NCBI GenBank assembly: GCA_963702895.1
Contig: OY969767.1
Span: forward strand, 736,001 to 800,000
Direction of reading: 5' to 3'
DNA from: an uncultured Elusimicrobia bacterium
Lineage (GTDB): Bacteria; Elusimicrobiota; Elusimicrobia; 2-01-FULL-59-12
Length of the DNA stretch: 64,000 nt
Shown here: positions 62,005 through 64,000 of the stretch, in pieces
Layout: each line of letters opens with the position of its first letter
Position numbering within the stretch: the stretch's first letter is position 1
Notes under the pieces: generated by a model
Told to the model about the DNA's origin: nothing
Databases searched by the model: none
What the model saw: only the letters and a program-made list of their open reading frames with translations
Program-made: the position numbers and the translations under genes

Positions 62005-64000
62005 ATGTTTACTAACAACATTGTCAACAAACTGAAAAAATCTTTAGCTTCGCTTTTAGCGGGGCTTATGCTGCTTCCGTCCTTGCCGGCCTCGTCCAAT
62101 GCCTTCGGACCATCGGTCGCAAACCCCTTTGCTTCGCTCACGCCGCCTCCCCAGGTGGCCACGCTGGTTTCGACCTCCGCCTCCAAGAAGTCCGCCGAGC
62201 GCCAACCCCAAGTCATTCTCATTCAAGATTTGCACTTCAACTACTCCGTGCAGCGCAACATTGCGCGGCTGTTGGATTTTCTGGGCCAGCAAGGCGTGGT
62301 CGGATCGCGCATTGCTGTGGAAGGCGCGGTCGGCGAAGTCGACAACAGCCTTTTGACGGAGGTCAAGAACCTCAAAGTCCGCGGGGAACTGGCGGACTTC
62401 CTGATGCACAACGGCGAGCTCACGGGCTCGCAGTACTACTCGGTGATGTCTGGCCAGCCGAAGATTTTGCAGGGTGTGGAAGATCCCGCCTTCTTCCAGG
62501 CCAACCGTGATGTCTTCCGTCTCTCTTATGGCAACCGGCGACAGGCTTCTCGACAGATTTCCCAGCTTCGAGCGCGCCTGGAAACGCTCGTGCCGACGGT
62601 CTGCTCGGGGTCCGTCCGCCGCTTGCAGAGCGCGGGGAAACGCTTTGAAGCCGGCAGACTCTCCATGGAGAGGTATTGGAACCGGCTGCACACCTTGGGC
62701 CAGAGCGCCAATGTCCCGCTGCCCGTGCCGCTCGAGAATTATCTGCTGGGGACGCCGGAGCGCCGCAGCGAGCTTTTGCTCACGAGTGACCTCTACCAGG
62801 CGCTCGGCGACTACGCGCTCGCCGTCCAGGCCGCGCTCGCCAAGACCCCGGTGGAGAAGAACCTTATCCGTCTGATCAACGAATTTACCCTGGTCGAACG
62901 CGCCCTGAACCAGCACACCACCCTGGAAGAAATCCGGCACGTCGTGGGACGGATGGACCAGACGGCGGCGCTGGTGCAGCTCCTGGCGAAAGACCTGAAG
63001 GCAGACCTTGGTTTTGACGTTGAACGGTTCAAGGAAGCCCTGAGGGCCAGCGTTGATTTCTATGTCGCCGCCCTGATGCGCAACGAGCCGATGCTGGAGA
63101 ATACGCTTGCGCTTGTACGGCAGAGCAACCCAACAACGGAGCTATCGAACAGCGGAGCAACCAAACGGCGGATCAGTCGTCCGGCGGGCCCGAAGTCTGG
63201 CAGCTCTGACTCACGGTTGTTCCGCCCCACGTCAGCTCCGCCGTCTGGTAGGTCCATCGTTCTTGTTGTGGGCGGCTTCCACACCGACTACTTCACGCGC
63301 GAGCTCTCCCGCCGCGGTGTCTCCTACGCCGTCTACGCGCCGCAGGTGGACTCACACACTCCTGCCGATGATGCGCTCTATGTTAAGCGCTTCATGGGTG
63401 AGCGTATGACGGTCAATGAAGCCACTGCCTGGATCAAAGCCCACGGTGGAATTCGTGGCTCTCCGCGTGCGTATCAAGGAGCGGGGTGGGTTCCGCCGCT
63501 TCGTGGCATTCAGGGGTGGCTGACTCCACTTGCGAGGGAATCTGAGAGAATCGGATCGTTATACGGGCTTGCGCCAACTCGATTCCTTACAAGACTACGA
63601 GATCAAAAACGATCATTAGATTTCGCGAAACGCCAACAGGTTCGAACAGGCACTCTAGACGATCTCGCTGATCCCGCCTTCGAAGATGATGAACTTGTCC
63701 CAGGTGGTATTGAACTGAAATCCGTGTTGGCTCTCCTGCTGAGACTCAGCAGCGAGTCGGATAGTTTCCCCACTTTCCCTATCAAGGAAATGGAGTTTAC
63801 TGCGGACGAAGAATTGGTTGTTGTGCGGAATCAGCCGCAAATCGAGAGAGTAAGTGTTGAGACCTGGAGAACCAAAGATCGAAGCAAATTTATTGCGATC
63901 GTTCCACGCGAAGGGAATGAGACAACCTTTAAGGCCATTATTCATGTTGACGCTATCAGGCACAACCCGACTTTCAAGGCCAACCCCTATATCTTTTGGA
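62005..64000 (+). CDS. ORF4, 3'-truncated; signal peptide plus the conserved IQDLH...GGFHT N-terminal domain
   Basis: GAGGAGG upstream of ATG 62005; MFTNNIVNKLKKSLASLLAGLMLLPSLPASSNA; IQDLH at 62221, GGFHT at 63271. No stop seen before the window end, which explains its absence from the ORF track. Confidence 0.88.
   Translation, partial: MFTNNIVNKLKKSLASLLAGLMLLPSLPASSNAFGPSVANPFASLTPPPQVATLVSTSASKKSAERQPQVILIQDLHFNYSVQRNIARLLDFLGQQGVVGSRIAVEGAVGEVDNSLLTEVKNLKVRGELADFLMHNGELTGSQYYSVMSGQPKILQGVEDPAFFQANRDVFRLSYGNRRQASRQISQLRARLETLVPTVCSGSVRRLQSAGKRFEAGRLSMERYWNRLHTLGQSANVPLPVPLENYLLGTPERRSELLLTSDLYQALGDYALAVQAALAKTPVEKNLIRLINEFTLVERALNQHTTLEEIRHVVGRMDQTAALVQLLAKDLKADLGFDVERFKEALRASVDFYVAALMRNEPMLENTLALVRQSNPTTELSNSGATKRRISRPAGPKSGSSDSRLFRPTSAPPSGRSIVLVVGGFHTDYFTRELSRRGVSYAVYAPQVDSHTPADDALYVKRFMGERMTVNEATAWIKAHGGIRGSPRAYQGAGWVPPLRGIQGWLTPLARESERIGSLYGLAPTRFLTRLRDQKRSLDFAKRQQVRTGTLDDLADPAFEDDELVPGGIELKSVLALLLRLSSESDSFPTFPIKEMEFTADEELVVVRNQPQIERVSVETWRTKDRSKFIAIVPREGNETTFKAIIHVDAIRHNPTFKANPYIFW

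Noticed and set aside
14167..63963. Numerous long antisense and alternate-frame ORFs (for example 20211-21842, 31587-33098, 58821-60194, 62056-62940)
   Set aside because: They are shadows of GC-rich coding frames and show no protein motifs.
1..64000. rRNA, tRNA, transposase or phage genes
   Set aside because: None recognised by eye; no covariance search could be run.

Overview
Bacterial DNA, GC-rich overall, in which essentially all supportable genes lie on the + strand. Four very large ORFs dominate. (1) <2..6682 is 5'-truncated, with a SecA-like SF2 ATPase region and a membrane-anchored C-terminus. (2) ~14022..52685 encodes 12,887 aa. (3) 52881..61835 encodes about 2,984 aa. (4) 62005..>64000 is missing from the ORF track and runs off the window. 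Between ORF1 and ORF2 is a ~6.5 kb island of small accessory genes: two AAA/DUF4143 ATPases, an MNT-HEPN pair with a frameshifted HEPN, an HATPase + STAS-like pair, and a small protein + nucleotidyltransferase pair. The main observation is that ORF2 reads like a polyprotein. It contains a region colinear with eukaryotic FKS/callose beta-1,3-glucan synthase (GT48), followed by an internal twin-arginine signal and a clan GH-A glycosidase. It also carries LysM, PG-binding, TolC-like, beta-barrel, RHS/YD-like and lytic transglycosylase regions, mostly separated by internal signal-peptide-like segments. ORF2 and ORF4 share a TraB/TIKI/ChaN-like N-terminal domain. ORF2 and ORF3 share a membrane module that is nearly identical at the nucleotide level. 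Palindromic short-tandem-repeat elements occur both between genes and in frame inside ORF2. The organisation resembles giant-gene loci of Omnitrophota/Elusimicrobiota (inference only). All domain calls come from motif recognition by eye, with no database searches, and domain boundaries are approximate.
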